Source: Piromyces finnis finn
Taxonomy: Eukaryota; Fungi; Neocallimastigomycota
Length of the DNA stretch: 64,000 bases
NCBI GenBank assembly: GCA_002104945.1
Contig: MCFH01000010.1
Coordinates: 62,001-126,000 of the forward strand
Direction: 5' to 3'
How positions within the stretch are numbered: position 1 is the first letter of the stretch; each line of letters starts with the position of its first letter. The position numbers and the translations under genes are program-made. Shown here piece by piece: positions 1-14,442 of the stretch. The notes under the pieces were generated by a model. It saw only the letters and a list, made by a program, of their open reading frames with translations, was not told where the DNA came from and ran no database searches.

Positions 1-201
1 TAAAAATATTGAGCCAATTCCTAAAATACTAAATGAAATTCCATAAAATATTTTTTTTAAAAATCCAGTTTTTGATTTAAATTGACCTTTATGTCTTTCC
101 ATATAACGTACATTTTCAAAATTCTGTTCATTAAGTAATCCTTCCTCTTCTGCATCTCCTGTTCTTTTTTTTATATTAACCAATTGAATAGAATCGTTCA
201 T
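1..201 (-). CDS. N-terminus of a probable type II membrane protein (runs off the window edge)
   Basis: ATG at 201-199 opens 67 stop-free codons to base 1: MNDSIQLVNIKKRTGDAEEEGLLNEQNFENVRYMERHKGQFKSKTGFLKKIFYGISFSILGIGSIFL. This is a hydrophilic tail followed by the start of a hydrophobic helix. Confidence 0.6.
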   Translation of the reverse strand, partial: MNDSIQLVNIKKRTGDAEEEGLLNEQNFENVRYMERHKGQFKSKTGFLKKIFYGISFSILGIGSIFL

Positions 202-1181
202 TATTAAATTTAAAGTTATTAGAATTTTTTATATATATTATTTTATCTTAGTTTTACTGTAAATTAGATTATACTTTGAGAAATCAATATATTTGATTAT
301 TTTATAAACTTTTTTTATTGACAATGATTTATTATTATTATGGATTTATCATAAATATTGTATATAATTTATTTTATTTTTATATTTTTATTTTATGTTT
401 AAATGTATATATATTTGATTTTTATTTGTTTTATTTATTTTATTTTTTTTTAAATTTAATATTATTTTATTTATTTTATAATAATTATTATTTAACCTGA
501 CTATGAAAATCCTTAAAATATATGGTAAATTATAAAATAAAAATAAATAATAAAATCTTGAATAAATTAATAATTAAAAAGTTACCCAAACCACTATAAT
601 TCAAATTATTGATGGAAGGATTTTATAATAATTTAAATTACTATAGATAATTTACAAATTTATTAAATAATTAATCATAAATTTATAATTTATTTTCTAT
701 TAATAAATTAAAATATTCCGATTTTATGTTTTAAAATATTTTAAAAAATAGTAATAATAAAGTTAATCCATTTTTAATTTTTTTTTTTATTTTTTATTTT
801 AGGAATAATAACAGTAATAATAAAAAAGAAAAAGAAAAGAATAGGAAATAGTAATGTATAATATATAATAAATTTTGAATTGAAATTTAACTTTTATAAT
901 AATTTTTTTTTTTGAAAAAATAAATTAAAAAATTATAATATACATAAACATTACATAATGTCATAATACAGAAACTGACTTTTTTTTTTTTTTTTTTACT
1001 ATTATTAGAAGTGATATCTCTTAAATATTATATAACATTAAAATAATAATTTCAGAATAATAAGAAATTTATTAAAGTAAAAATAATAATAGATATATAT
1101 AAGTGGGAAAGTTTAATAGAAGAAACATAATTTTTTTTAAAAAAAAAAAAAAAAAGAAAAGAAAAAAGGAAAAAAAATAAA

Positions 1182-2538
1182 ATGAGTGAAGAATACGCAC
1201 ACATTTTAAGAAATGCAATTGCTGAACATAATTTAATTACAGTAAAAAAATTAATTAGTGAAAAAAAAGCAACCATTCAATGTCCAAATCCAGAAAATGG
1301 ATGGTACATAAGTATATGTTTTATATATTCAATATTTGTTAAAAATAGTTTTATAAGATACTTAAAATTCTCAACAATTATCATTTTTATATTGCATAAA
1401 TAGGAATTCATTGTTCTATGCTATACGATACAATGCTCAGGAAATATTTAATTACTTAATGTTTGATGCAAAACATGAAATAAATGGTTGTTCAAAAGTA
1501 AAGTTCAATTTTATATTTAATAACAAGGTGAAAAAATAAAAATAACCCTTTTTATTTAATAAATATAGGATTTTCAAAAAAATAACGCTGCAATTATAGC
1601 TGCAAAATATAAAAATCTTGATGTATGTAAATATATATTACAATATCATCTATTTTTTTTAAATATTAAATTGGAAAAAAATAATAAAAATTTAAGGAAT
1701 TTTATAATAAATTTCAACAAAATTCAAATCTTAATAGGCATTTAATGTGTATGTTGAATTATTCCCAGATATTGTATATGAAGTAAATAATGATGGTTGT
1801 TCACCTTTACACATTGCTGCACAAAATGGAATGAGAGATATGGTTATTGTAAGAATATATTATTTTTTTAAAGGTTTAATTAAAGATAAAACTGAATAAA
1901 ATTAATTTATCTATTATTACATTTTAATAAAGAAACTATTAGATATGAACATTCCAGGTTCAATAAAAGATAAAGAAGGAAATACCCCTTTGCATTAGTA
2001 AAAATTAATATATTAAATAATTTATCTTAATAATTAAAAATTTAGTAATAAAATTAAAATATTATATATAAAATTAATAATTTTAAATAGTGCTTCAGCA
2101 TGGAACCAAGGAGATGTATTATCGAAATTAATAATTTATATATATATATTAAGGAAAAATACATATTAATATTCATTATTAACTATTTTTGTTATAAATA
2201 TACTACTACTATACACTAGATAATATCATTATTAATTGAAAGAAATTGTTCATTAGAAATTAAAAATAATGCTGGCTGGACTCCATTTGATTTTGCATAT
2301 TCATTAGATTTAAAGCAATCAATGAAAGGTAATTATATATGTAAAGCTATTCATTTTGAACTTAAAGTTAATTAATATTATATATATATATATAATAAAA
2401 GCATATGTCAATGAAATTTGTGAAGGCCAAAGAACAAATATTGAAAATCTTAAAGTTGGAATGTCTATTCAAAGTATAAATTTTGGTTCTAATGTAAAAA
2501 TTGAAAGTAGTAGTAATAGTCTTCGACAATACTATTAA
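1182..2538 (+). CDS. AVO2: Ankyrin-repeat protein, Avo2-like (TORC2 subunit), multi-exon
   Basis: Spliced N-terminus HILRNAIAEHNLITVKKLI...ENGW|NSLFYA (intron 1304-1403) parallels yeast Avo2 RLREAIIEGNLLIVKRLL...ENGWSSLHYA. Later exons give ankyrin cores GCSPLHIAAQNG, EGNTPLH and AGWTPFDFA. Stop at 2538. Confidence 0.75.
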
Positions 2539-3194
2539 TTTTAAAATAATAAATAAATATACCACATATTTCATTTTCAAATTTTGTAATATAATACTGA
2601 TGATTAATAATACTAAAGTAAATAAAATAATTTTAAAGAAATTAAATTAATTATATTATTTATATTATTATTATTTTAATTCCTAAAATAATAAAAATAT
2701 CATTTAACAAAAAAAGAAAGAAAGAAAGAAACTATAAAATATCTATTAATTATATGACATAAATTTATATTATTGTATTAACTATCATTTAAATTATTTT
2801 ATATCAATATTATGATTAAACAAAATTTGATGTTTAATTTTAATAGCGATTTTTATATATATTATTAAAATTCTTATTATTGAAAAAATAAAACACATAT
2901 ATGTTTTATAGAGATTTATATTTGAGGGAATATATATCAAAAGTACTTATAATCATTATATTTTTATTATATTTTTTTTTTTCATTATTTGTTTGTTTTG
3001 TTTCTTTCGTAAAATTATTTTATAATTTATAAAGAAATGTTCTTTTTCTATATATTATATATATAATATTTATAATATTTATCAAATCATATTTTTACAT
3101 TTTTTTTTTTAAATTTGATTTTTCTTTGTTAAATTTTATGTTGTTTTAATATATAAAAGTTACATAATGATTCATTTAAGAATAACAATTGAAT

Positions 3195-3595
3195 TTAACT
3201 AAAGTATGTTGTTAAAGCTTTTTTCATGACTTTAAATTTGTGTATTAAATAATTATAAATGTTTATATTTTTTTTAGCAATAATAATATAATAAAATTTA
3301 TTAATATTATATTTTATAAATATGGATATTATAATGAAAAAAAAAATATTAATAAAAATTGAAAATATAACTTCAAGAAAAAAAAATAAATAAAATATTA
3401 AACATTACAATAACGGCCCATCATTCTAGCATACATAGCTAATATAACTTTTCCTGAATTTTTAATTTGTTGTAATGCTCTATCTAATTCTTCTTCTTCA
3501 TCTATATATCTTTCATTTTCATTTTCAATGTCTTCTTGACTAGAAAGCTTAAGTCTTTCACTTAAATCTGGCTCATTATTAATATTTGATGCCAT
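3195..3595 (-). CDS. Small 73-aa protein resembling Mim2 (outer-membrane MIM insertase subunit)
   Basis: Exon 1 is 3595-3409, the intron is 3408-3230 (gtaatg...gctaa...tttaaag) and exon 2 is 3229-3195. Product: acidic N-terminus then EEELDRALQQIKNSGKVILAMYARMMGRYFMKKALTTYFS. The pattern is like yeast Mim2 EESLQQLNKLLNWVLLPLLGKYIGRRMAKTLW. Confidence 0.45.
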
Positions 3596-4422
3596 TTTTA
3601 ACTACTTATATTTATATTATTTAAAATAGTTAGTTTAAAAATTAATATTACATTTAATTATAATATATAATATATATTAAAATATTTATTTTTTTTATCA
3701 ATAAATCACTATTTTTTATCATTCTTATATTAATTCTCTCTATGCAAAATATAAAAAGAAAACTGAGAATTACCTATTATTATATTTTTTTATTTAAGGA
3801 ATATAATAATAAAAGTATAATACTTTTATTAATAAAAATTCATCATTTTAATTAATTGAGAGTTTAAAATCCAATATAAATCATTTTTATTGGATAAAAA
3901 AACAAATTATTTTTTACTTATATTTATTTATTATTATCTGTATAATTATATTGATATAATTTTATAATATTATTTTATTTCTTTTTATTATTTGTATTTT
4001 ATTTTTCGTTAATTGTTATGTTTTTATTTTTTTGTAAATGTTAACAATAGAGTAACAAATAAAAATATTAGTTATAATTAAACTTATATATTTTATTTAT
4101 CCATACCTGAATTAGTAAGAAAAGTTCAGTTAATATTTTTCATTTTTCTTAAAACAGAAAAGTTATAAATTTTTTAAAAGGTTAAGTTTAAATGATAATT
4201 ATAATTTCTTGATTTTATATTTGAAATACATATTTTAGTTTTTTGAAATTTTAATGTAAATACTAAATAATATTAAATAAAGTTTAAGTACTTTAATAAA
4301 TATGTTTTTTTTGTTATTATTTAAATATTAATGTATACATTACTATTTAATAAAATTTAATAAGGTAAAAGTAATATTAATCCTGTGAAATATTTTTTTT
4401 TTAAATATAAAAACATAACAAA

Positions 4423-5113
4423 ATGGAAGCAGAGGATGTTTTGACAAAAGAAGAAATGAGAACTGTTATAAATCAAAGATTAGTGGATAGTGGTGAATAT
4501 TATAAATAAAAGAAAAACTTAATAATAATTATTCAAGCTATAATTAAGGAATATAATTTTATTTATTAATAATTATACAATAATTAATTTTCTTTTTTAA
4601 AGGTGAAAAGCAAAGGTAAAGATGGTTTATATTTCTTTTTTATAAATTCTCAAAATAAGAAAAATAAAATTTATATTTTAAATATTTTTAAAAAAAATAT
4701 TTAAATACCATAATTTAAAATTTTTTTTGAAAGAATAAATTTGAAATTTGGAGAAATTTAAATTAATTATAAAATTTTAAAATAGATTAATCAATTTAGC
4801 TAGAACCAGATTAAACGAATGTGGTTGGAAAGAAGAGGTTAAGAAAATGTGTAAAGGTATTTTTTTTTCTGAAAAAAAAAAAAAAACATAGAAAAACATA
4901 GTAATTTTATTAAATTATATAATATTTTATCTTTTAATTAAATAAAATATAAACCAATTTTTAGAAATAATTCAAACAAGAGGAGTTGAATATGTTAAAA
5001 TTGAAGACTTAATGAAGGAATTAACACCAAAAGCTACAAGTCTTGTACCGGAAAATATAAAAACGGAAATACTACAAAAAATAAGTGATTCATTACAAGA
5101 TCAAGCTCAATAA
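4423..5113 (+). CDS. SUS1: SAGA/TREX-2 subunit Sus1/ENY2
   Basis: Exons 4423-4492, 4603-4615, 4786-4856 and 4965-5113 give ...MRTVINQRLVDSGEKQRLINLARTRLNECGWKEEVKKMCKEIIQTRGVEYVKIEDLMKELTPKATSLVPENIKTEILQKI, colinear with ENY2/Sus1. Confidence 0.92.
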
Positions 5114-5707
5114 TCAACTATTTCATCATGTTTTTTTTTTATTTGAAATTAAAAATTAATGAGTACACAATTGCTTTTGTTATTATATAATTATAAGATT
5201 TAGCAGCTTTCAGAATACATAAATAATTTAGAAACCAAATATTTAAAGCAATTATTATTATTTTAAATTTAAATATATTCAATAAATTATAAATTCCATT
5301 AAATTCCATTAATATTTTTGAATAAATAAATATTTACATATTATATTTATTATATTAAAGCAATTAATATTTGATAGAATTAAATTATTATTAATTCTTT
5401 ATGACTCCAATTATTATTATTAAAAAAAAAAAGGAACACCTTTTACATATTTTTTATATATGCATTCTTATTTATTAAAATAAAAAAAATTCAATAAAAT
5501 TAACAATAAAAAATTAAGGCACTATTTATTATTTAAAAATATAATTATTATTATAATTTTATTATAAAATATTCTTAAAAGAAAGTATTTTTTTTTCTCT
5601 ATTTGATATTTAATTTTTCAATTATAAAAATAAATAAAAATCTTATTGTTCAATATATTTTTAATATATTCGAATTATATATATGAAAATTAAAAATAAA
5701 ATAATAA

Positions 5708-5747
<40 letters not shown>

Positions 5748-5793
5748 TTCTTCAAAATAAATTTTATTTAAATTTTAATTGCTGAAAATTAAA

Positions 5794-6959
5794 ATGAGTC
5801 AATTATTAAATACAGGAATTAAACAAAGTTTTTTATCAAATATTGGTTTATCTTTTAATCACGTTAAACCATTAAATCACCCAAGAATTTTATTTAAAAA
5901 GAATGTTATAAATTTAAATAATATTAAACGTAATTTTTCAGTTACTCCACAAGTTTTAAATACTTTTACTCCATATAATATTACAAAGGATTCAAAATAT
6001 AAAGTATTTGAAGGAAAAAATCCACAACCAATTAATTTTAAGTTTTATTATATAAGACCAGAAAATAGTGATACTGGTGTAGTTTCTTTATTATCAGCCG
6101 AGCAAATAAAAGGAAAAACTTTAAAAAAGGTACTAGAAATTAATTTATTATTATTATTATTATTATTAATGTTGTTGTTATATATTAAAATATAATGGTT
6201 ATCATAATAAAGGAAGGAATTATTGGTTGGATTCAATTTGAAAAAGAAGATGTACCAGTTATTGAACCAAGAATTTTCGCTGAAAACAAAGAATTTTATG
6301 GTATTAATTTTTTGGATAATTATTAAATTATTTTATTTAAAACTAATTTAATTTTACTATTTAATATAATATAGAAATATTCAATAGAGTAATTAAAGAA
6401 AATCTTCACACTGATATAAATAAAAAATGTCAAATGGATGCTCAATTCCATAAAAATGGATGGATGTATTTCAAAGGTAAAAGTTAAAATTATTATTATT
6501 ATTATTAATTGAAAAATGTTTATTAATTCATTTTTATTTTTTAATACATTATAAAAAAACATTAAGATGATAGAAACAAGTAAGTTTTACATTATTTTTA
6601 ATTAAAAACTATAAAAACTATAAAAAACATAAGTTTATATTAATTATTAATAATTTAAAATAAATAAATAAAAAAAAAAAAGAATTAATTATGGTAGATT
6701 AGAAAGTGCTGAAGATACATTTGGTGCAGGTAACATAAAATGTATATTTTAATATAAAGTATTAAACGTTCCACTAAAACAAAATTAAAATTTCTTTTAA
6801 AATTACGATACAGTTGAAGTTAAAGATTGTGAGTTTATTCCAAAATCATTTCAATCAACATTTACTTATAGATTATTAACTAGAAGAGGTTTATTCCAAC
6901 TCCCAGAAGCTTTACATAATAAATTAGTAGAAGAAATCCAAAATACTTGTTTAGAATAA
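5794..6959 (+). CDS. Conserved fungal protein of unknown function with a mitochondrial/hydrogenosomal-type presequence
   Basis: Six exons. The first about 50 residues are rich in K/R/N/S/L and contain no D/E. The C-terminal conserved-looking block is GWMYFKDDRNKINYGRLESAEDTFGAVEVKDCEFIPKSFQSTFTYRLLTRRGLFQLPEALHNKL. Confidence 0.6.
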
Positions 6960-7243
6960 ACATAATTTATATAATAATATATAATATTATTGCAATTGCT
7001 ATTATTATTTATTATCATTTATTAGAAATATTATTAATGTTTATAAACATATATTAAATTATTACATATGTTATTAAACAACAAAATTTGAAGAAGTATT
7101 AAAAAAATAAAAGAAGATATATAAAAAAGTACATTATAAAACAATAATTTGACTATAGATATAATTAATCTGCTAATGTCTTTTAAAGATGATATCAAAT
7201 TAATTTTTAAATATACAAATATAAATAGATATTAATTATTTAT

Positions 7244-10200
7244 TTATAGATTTTCCAATAATTGCATGGTTTGTTTTGTAAAACTATCCAATTGAGATAA
7301 ATCTAATGAAGTATCATTGTTTTCTTTAGATACATTGTTTGTCATTTCTTTTGTTTCATTCTTATTGATTGTATTATTTGAATTATATTGTGATGATGAT
7401 ATGCTTTCTTTGGATTTATATAAAGTAAGATTGGAATCATTTTCTTCATTTATTGTGCTATCTTGATTCTTATTATGATTTTTACTTTGGGAAATAGAAT
7501 TAGTACTACTTAATTCATTTGTATTATTATCATCATTTAAGGAATTATTTTCTTGGTTAATATTCGACAAAAGATCTTTTCCATTTTCATCTTCATTGCT
7601 GAAATTTTTCAATAAGAAATAATCAGATTTAAAAAAGTCTTCAATAGAGATATCACCAAACTTAAAGTTTTTCCAATCTAAAGGATCAAGATTTATATCA
7701 GTATCTTCAGATGATTCTTTATTCTCGTTATTTTCTTTATCATTTTCATTGTTTTTAACAATATTTTCAACATCTGCAGCTTCTATGTCACTTTCAGCTA
7801 TTGCAGATAGTTTAAGGTCTGAATTAGAAATATTTTTGGTATCCTTACTTGATAATTTATTAGTATCATTTAATTCTTCATTATCGTTTTTAATTTTTTT
7901 CAACAAGTCATCTACCGTATTTTCATTGTGATCATTATCATTATTTTCGTTTATATCATTCTTCTTTATATTTACTGCCTTTCTCTTTTTTAATGTTTCT
8001 AATACCATATCTATCATTTTTCCATCATCATTTTCTAATAATAATATTATATATATTCAATTTAATTTTTTTGAGTAAAAATATAATAATTTAAATTTAT
8101 TGTAAACCAAAAAAAAAGACAAACTAATATAAATATAAATCAATACCATTAATAATGGTTTCAGATGCTTTCTTTTTCAATTTCTTAATTTCGTTTTCTC
8201 TTTGTTTTCTCATTTCCATTAATTCATTTCTTTTTTTAATTCTTTCATTTTCTGCTATTGATTTCTATTAATTCAAAATATAATTCAATAATTCACAATT
8301 AACATAAAAACCTATAATATACTTAATAATATATCTTTATAGAAAAAACATTTAAACTATATTATTTACATTAAATGAAAATAAGAATGTTTTAAATATT
8401 CCAAAGAAATCTTCTGATGCAATATTTTTTTCACCGAATGATTCTATAATTTCAGTGCTATTTTTTTCAAGTAATTTGTATAATCCTTCTATTTCGGCAA
8501 AATTTTTATCAGCCTTTTCAAAGAAATCGTATTTATTAATTAAGGATAAAATTAAATTAAACATTATTATTTACATTTAATCATAATAAGTACAAAAGTA
8601 ATGATAATTCTAATAATATAAAAAAAGGATATTTTCATTTTCATAACAAATTCGCATTTCTCATCTTTAGGATTACCTTCACTTTCACTATTTCCAGAGC
8701 CTTTTATTAGTATATGAAATAATAATATTAATTAATTTATTAAATATATATATATATAAGAAGATATGAATTAATTAATTAATCATACTGCTATCTTCTG
8801 TTTTTTTTCCAAAATTTGGATTATTTATAATCTTTATATTTTTCTTTAAAGTTGTTCTTATTTTTGTTATATCTTCCTTAATAATATTTGTTGATACTAT
8901 AAAAATATAAATATTAAAATATTTATTGATATAATTTTATAATGATTGTATTTTATTAATATATATTACTTTTGCATGCATCATTTATTCCACTAAGTTC
9001 TGTTGTTATACTTAACATTTGAGGAAATTTTGTTTGGATTATATTTGTTATATAATTCAAAAGTGACATTTTTTTATCATTTGATTTTATGTCATTTAAC
9101 TACAAATTTTATTATAAGATTGAATCAGTTTTTATAATTAATTTAAAATTATTATTTATATAATAGAATATTAGAAATACTAATATTTTCATACTTTATT
9201 TATACTAGATATTTTAAAACCATATGCACCACCTTTAACGGTTTCACCATTCATGAAATTTCCAATTGTTAAAATTAACTTAAAAAAAAAAAATAATATA
9301 AATTTTATGATTACTAACAAATTTATTAATTAATTATATTACCTCTAATAATTTTGGAAGGTTTTCGCTATCTTTCAATTCTTGAAATGCGTTAAGAAGG
9401 GTATTGATATCCTATATATAATATTTTAGTTTTTATTATTATATATATAATATTAGCATTTTATATAAAATATATAATAACCTTATCTAATCCGGTGATA
9501 ATTTCATTGAAATCATACTTAAATTCCCACATTAACATTTTTTCTTCAAAATTTGGAATTTTTAAAGTCTAATAAAATATAATTTTTAAATTACTAGTAC
9601 TTTAATATATTATTTTTATATACAATTTTTTATTAATATTTAACAATTTATTCTATTTTACTTCTAAAATAAATTTTTCTGCTAATCTTAGATTTTCTGA
9701 ATCTCCTTTAAACTCTTTCATTTTTTTAACCTAATTTAAATTTTATATTTATTACTAAATAATAACTTAATATTTTTATTCCTATATTTATTATTAATTT
9801 ACTTCATCTTGTTGAGGAATATGTTGGACTAATTGTTTAATCTTCGAAGGAGTCATAATTGCTTCATCCATTTTATCTATTGATTCGCATAATTCTTTTA
9901 GTGAACATGATTTTGTTGCCATTCTTAATACAATCACTTTATTATTATTAATAAATGATTTTATATAACGTCAAAATTAATAATTAGTTTTATAAAACCT
10001 CTTTGTTTAATAATAATACTAATATTTAATAAAACTATAATTACTCATATTTCTTGCTCTATTATTATTAATTATTTCAATTTCTTCTTTTTGTTTTTTT
10101 TCAATTATTTCTGGCTTATTTTTATCGTTTGATACAGCCTGTACTTTTGAAAATAAAGATTCTAATTCATTAAATACACCTAAGTCCTCTGCTAAATAGC

Positions 10201-13200
10201 ATTCTAGATCTTTATTGTTATACTCATCCTCGATGGAATTTTCTTTTTTAAGTTCTGATATTAATCCATTAATGTCATCTTCACTATCTTTCTTTTTATT
10301 ATTCCATATATAAGATTTTAATGCAACATTTTTTGGTATTTTCTCCCATTCAAAAAATTTCATTTTTGTATTTGGAAAATACTTTTGTGGCTTTTTTTCA
10401 ACATTTATTAATACGGCAGGATTTTTTCCTCCCATTGGAGGTGGAGGTGGGGGAGGAGGGACGCCATTTGGACCTGCCATTGGTGGAGGTGGAGGTGGAG
10501 GTGGAGGTGGAGGTGGTGCATTTCCTTTAATTTCTTTTATCTCATTTAAAGCATTATTTATTTCTTTAGTACTTTTTCCAAGACTATTTAATATATCTTT
10601 GTTGTTTTTAATAAGTTCTGAACTGTTTTTTATGGTAAGTAAATCAGCATTAATTACATTATCTTTTACAAGTTGGGAAACTGAATCTAATAACTATAAA
10701 ATTATAATTTTAATATTAAAAATATATAAGCATTTTTATTTATTATGATAAAGAATTTTTTAAAGTAATTACATATGATTGTTGTTTCAATGATGTAATT
10801 AATTGCTCATCCTTTTCATTTAAATATTTTTTAATAATTTCTAGCTTATTGCAATAAACGTTACATAACTCATTAACTTTATCATCCATTATCAATTTAT
10901 TAGATTTTTCTTTTTCTAATTATGTATAATTATATATATAAATATTTTAATAAATAAATAAATATATAATAATATATAATAATAATATATAATATATTAT
11001 ACCATTAATTGATACTAATTCAATTTGGAGTTTTCGGTTCTCTCTTATTAAATCGTCATATTTATTTTTCCATTTAGAATCATCTACATTATTATTAACA
11101 ATAGTTCTATTCGTCATCGGATAACTATTTAATATTTCATCAATTGAAAAATTGAAATTATCAAAATAGTCTGATTTATATAATCCTTTATTGTTAAGTA
11201 CAATGTGTGAAATAATTGTATCAATTAAATCAAAGTATTGCATTTTTTTTTCTTCATCAATTAATTTAATAGGCAATGCAAGATGTTGTAAAATACTTAA
11301 TATGCATTCATATCCTAATGTATTTTCATTAAATGATTCTTTTATTATATTTATTAATGCTATAGGATCTCTCATTATTTCAGAATTTATATATTCTAAT
11401 TCATCTTTTTTTTTTCTTTTTAACGCCCCATCTAATAATTGACTATCTTCATCCTTAAGCTGATCATTTGAATTTTCCTTTGACTTATCTATTATATTTT
11501 TATATATGATTATGTATTCTTCATTATCCATACCAGCTTGCTTTTCAAAATTAATTAATTGATCCATTATTTCAGGAAATTCTTGTGGAGCGAAAGTATG
11601 TAATTTCTAATTAATAAAAATATATTATCATTTAATATTTTTATATATGTAAAATACACAGTATTAATTAACTCATACCTTGATAACTCCTGTCATTCCG
11701 CAAGACATCATTTGATTGCGTACATGAATTCTCATATCCAAACTACTTATTTGGTCTAAAATAGTATTGAAGAAAATAAATACATATAACTAATTATAAT
11801 GTAAAATATATAATATATAATTTAAAAATTATTATTTAATATTTTATTAATAAATTATACTTATTTAATAATTAATACGTACAACATAATCCATTGATGA
11901 AGATTCCATTGTATTTGCATTATCATCAATTTGTGGTATCCTTTTTGCACCTACCATACTTCCAAACGCACCCCTACTTTCTACTACTTCAATTGAATAT
12001 TCAATGATTGTATTAAAAATTTTTGGATTTTCTTTTCTTTGTTTTATACTTTCAAATTTCGTAAGAGTATCCATAATTAAATTACATCCAACTGGATATT
12101 CAAATATACACATGCAAGATAAGATTTGAATAACAAGTGTTCTTGTAATAAGTAATGAAGAATCCAATGATTGACAAAGTGTTAAAAATAGATTATAATT
12201 ATTGGAAACTTTATTAAATTCATTCTGAATTAATTATTTATAAAATATAGGTTATTTAATTATTTAATAAAATTTAATTTCTCTAGAAATTTTAAATTTG
12301 TAATATATTTTTTTTACCTTATCATTTAATATATATTTAATGCATTTAACAATTTCTGCTTCGCTGTTTAAATCCTTTTCTTTTCTTTATTGTTTATTTA
12401 ATAAAATCATACATTAATTATTAATTAGAAAATAAAAAAAATTATCTCAATTATTAAACTATATCTATATTAACCTATTTGATTTACTATGGAATTTATT
12501 TAAGATTTCAATCAAAATTTGAAGACCTCCATTGTTAACAAATTCATGAACCCAGCTATTAATAAAAAAATAAAATAATGTTTAAAAAATATTAATTGCA
12601 TAGTTATAAATAAAATTGATTAAAATGTATAATATTCATTATAAGTACTTTAATATACTTTTGAAAATTACCCTTTTGTTTGATTTTTTATGCTAACTCT
12701 TAATGATTGAAGAACATTATATAATTTTCCAGAAGAATTTGAACCCCAATTCATAATTCTAGAAGATGCAGATTTATTAGTTTTTAAATTTAGAAATTCA
12801 CTTAAATACTTTATGAAATATTCTGGTGATGATTTATCATTCTTATCGACATGGTTTGATTGTCTTCTTAAATTTTGACTCTGCAGTAAATAATTTATTA
12901 ATTAATCAGAAAAAGGAAGATTATATCAAAATTTATCATAATATTAAATAGTTAATAGTTAATACACATTACATCATTTATTTCTTTAAGATATTTTGCT
13001 TTAATCATGTTCCATTTAATTTGTATTGGCTGGTTACGTAAATAATTCCTTTTAATTTCATCAATCCCAGTTTCATCCTAAAGATTATATTATATTTATG
13101 TTAAATATTACATTAATATTATATATTGTATATTATTCTATGTTGAAAAATTATTACCATAATTCTTTCAAATAAATTGTCGATTGTTTGTTCATCCGGA

Positions 13201-13853
13201 GGTTCATTTGTTAAAAAAAAGTTGTCATATCTATTTTTAATGTTTAATCTACTTTCAGAATATTCTTCTTTTTGATTAACATCAATACTTGAATTTAAAT
13301 TACTATTACTATCATAAATATTTATTGATTCAGTTGTTTGACTACGTTTAATACCAGCCCCCGTAATTATATTTTTTAAACTCTTTGTTCTTGAATGCTT
13401 AACTTTTATTAAATTTGTTTTCAATGGTTGATTTTCATCATTCATATTATTTATATTATTATTATATGAATTATTATTAGCAATGTTTGTTTCATAATTA
13501 TCCAAACTCTCGTTTTTAATTAATTCTGAATCATTAGAAAAATTCATATTTAGAATACTAGCTCTATTTAACTTTTCTTTACTTCCTTTAATACTATCAG
13601 TAAATAATCCACTTTCAGATTTATTTAAAGACATGTTATTTGCTACTGATTTTCGTGCTACAATAGTCCTTCTTCCAACAGTACTAGTTCCAATTATTCT
13701 ATGACTATTGTAATTGTCAATTGATGATAATTTTTCTGAGGAAGAGTATTTTTCGCTATCATTTTGGAAATTATTTAGTGGTAAAGAAGGAGAACTTGCA
13801 TTCGATAAATTATTTTTAAAGTGTCTAGGTAATGTTTGAATTTTTTTAAACAT
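7244..13853 (-). CDS. Diaphanous-related formin (GBD/FH3-FH1-FH2-DAD), many exons
   Basis: GBD/FH3-like exons (SWVHEFVNNGGLQILIEIL; RTLVIQILSCMC), poly-proline FH1 at about 10436-10518, FH2 (KMKFFEWEKIP; NNRARNM; FSFLDKIK; SEDFFGIFKTF), DAD-like MIDMVLETLKKRK, and a long Asn/Asp-rich tail. Confidence 0.92.
10436..10518 (-). repeat. Coding (CCA/CCT/CCC)n poly-proline tracts of the formin FH1 domain
   Basis: GGT/GGA triplet runs on the + strand encode two poly-Pro tracts separated by MAGPNGV. Confidence 0.9.
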
Positions 13854-14442
13854 ATTTGTTTAATATTAATATTATATATTATTACTCTAATTAAAATAGC
13901 TTATACATTAATTTAAATTATGTCTATGTTACTAAAAACAATATAATATATTTTTTTCTTTATTTAAATATTAAAAAAAATATATCCTTTTTATTATATT
14001 TATTTTATGTTTTTAAACATTCTATTAAAAAATATTTATATTAATTAGTCATATATAGTAATTAATTATTTTTTAAATAATTAGTAGATTACAATAGCAA
14101 CATTTTTTTTTAGTATATCTTATATATATCTAAAAATACATAAAATAAATATCAAAAATATAATAAATATAATTATTTATAAATAAACTATTATTGTTAT
14201 TTATATATTTTAAAGTTATTTATATAGTGGGTTATTTTTTATTTTATTATTTTATTTTTTAATATCATAAACAAAAAATTAAAGATTTTATTTATGTTAA
14301 AAAATTATCTTTTATATAATATTAATTTTAAAATCTATTAGTTTTCTAGATAAACAAATAAAAAATATTTATGTATCAATAGTAACAATAAATTTAAACT
14401 AGGCTGTAGAGGAATATAATTATTACTATCAATACTTATATT

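Noticed and set aside
318-1276. F/Y/I/L-rich ORFs 318-500 and 1052-1276
   Set aside because: Low-complexity AT-rich intergenic sequence with no motif. The same applies to 61868-62143.
3371-3408. Alternative 38-nt intron in the Mim2-like gene giving a long hydrophobic tail
   Set aside because: It is far shorter than the other introns here and the added peptide is plain AT-rich sequence; the 179-nt intron has a branch motif and a better product.
10321-10530. Plus-strand ORF with VEVEVE
   Set aside because: Antisense shadow of the formin poly-proline FH1.
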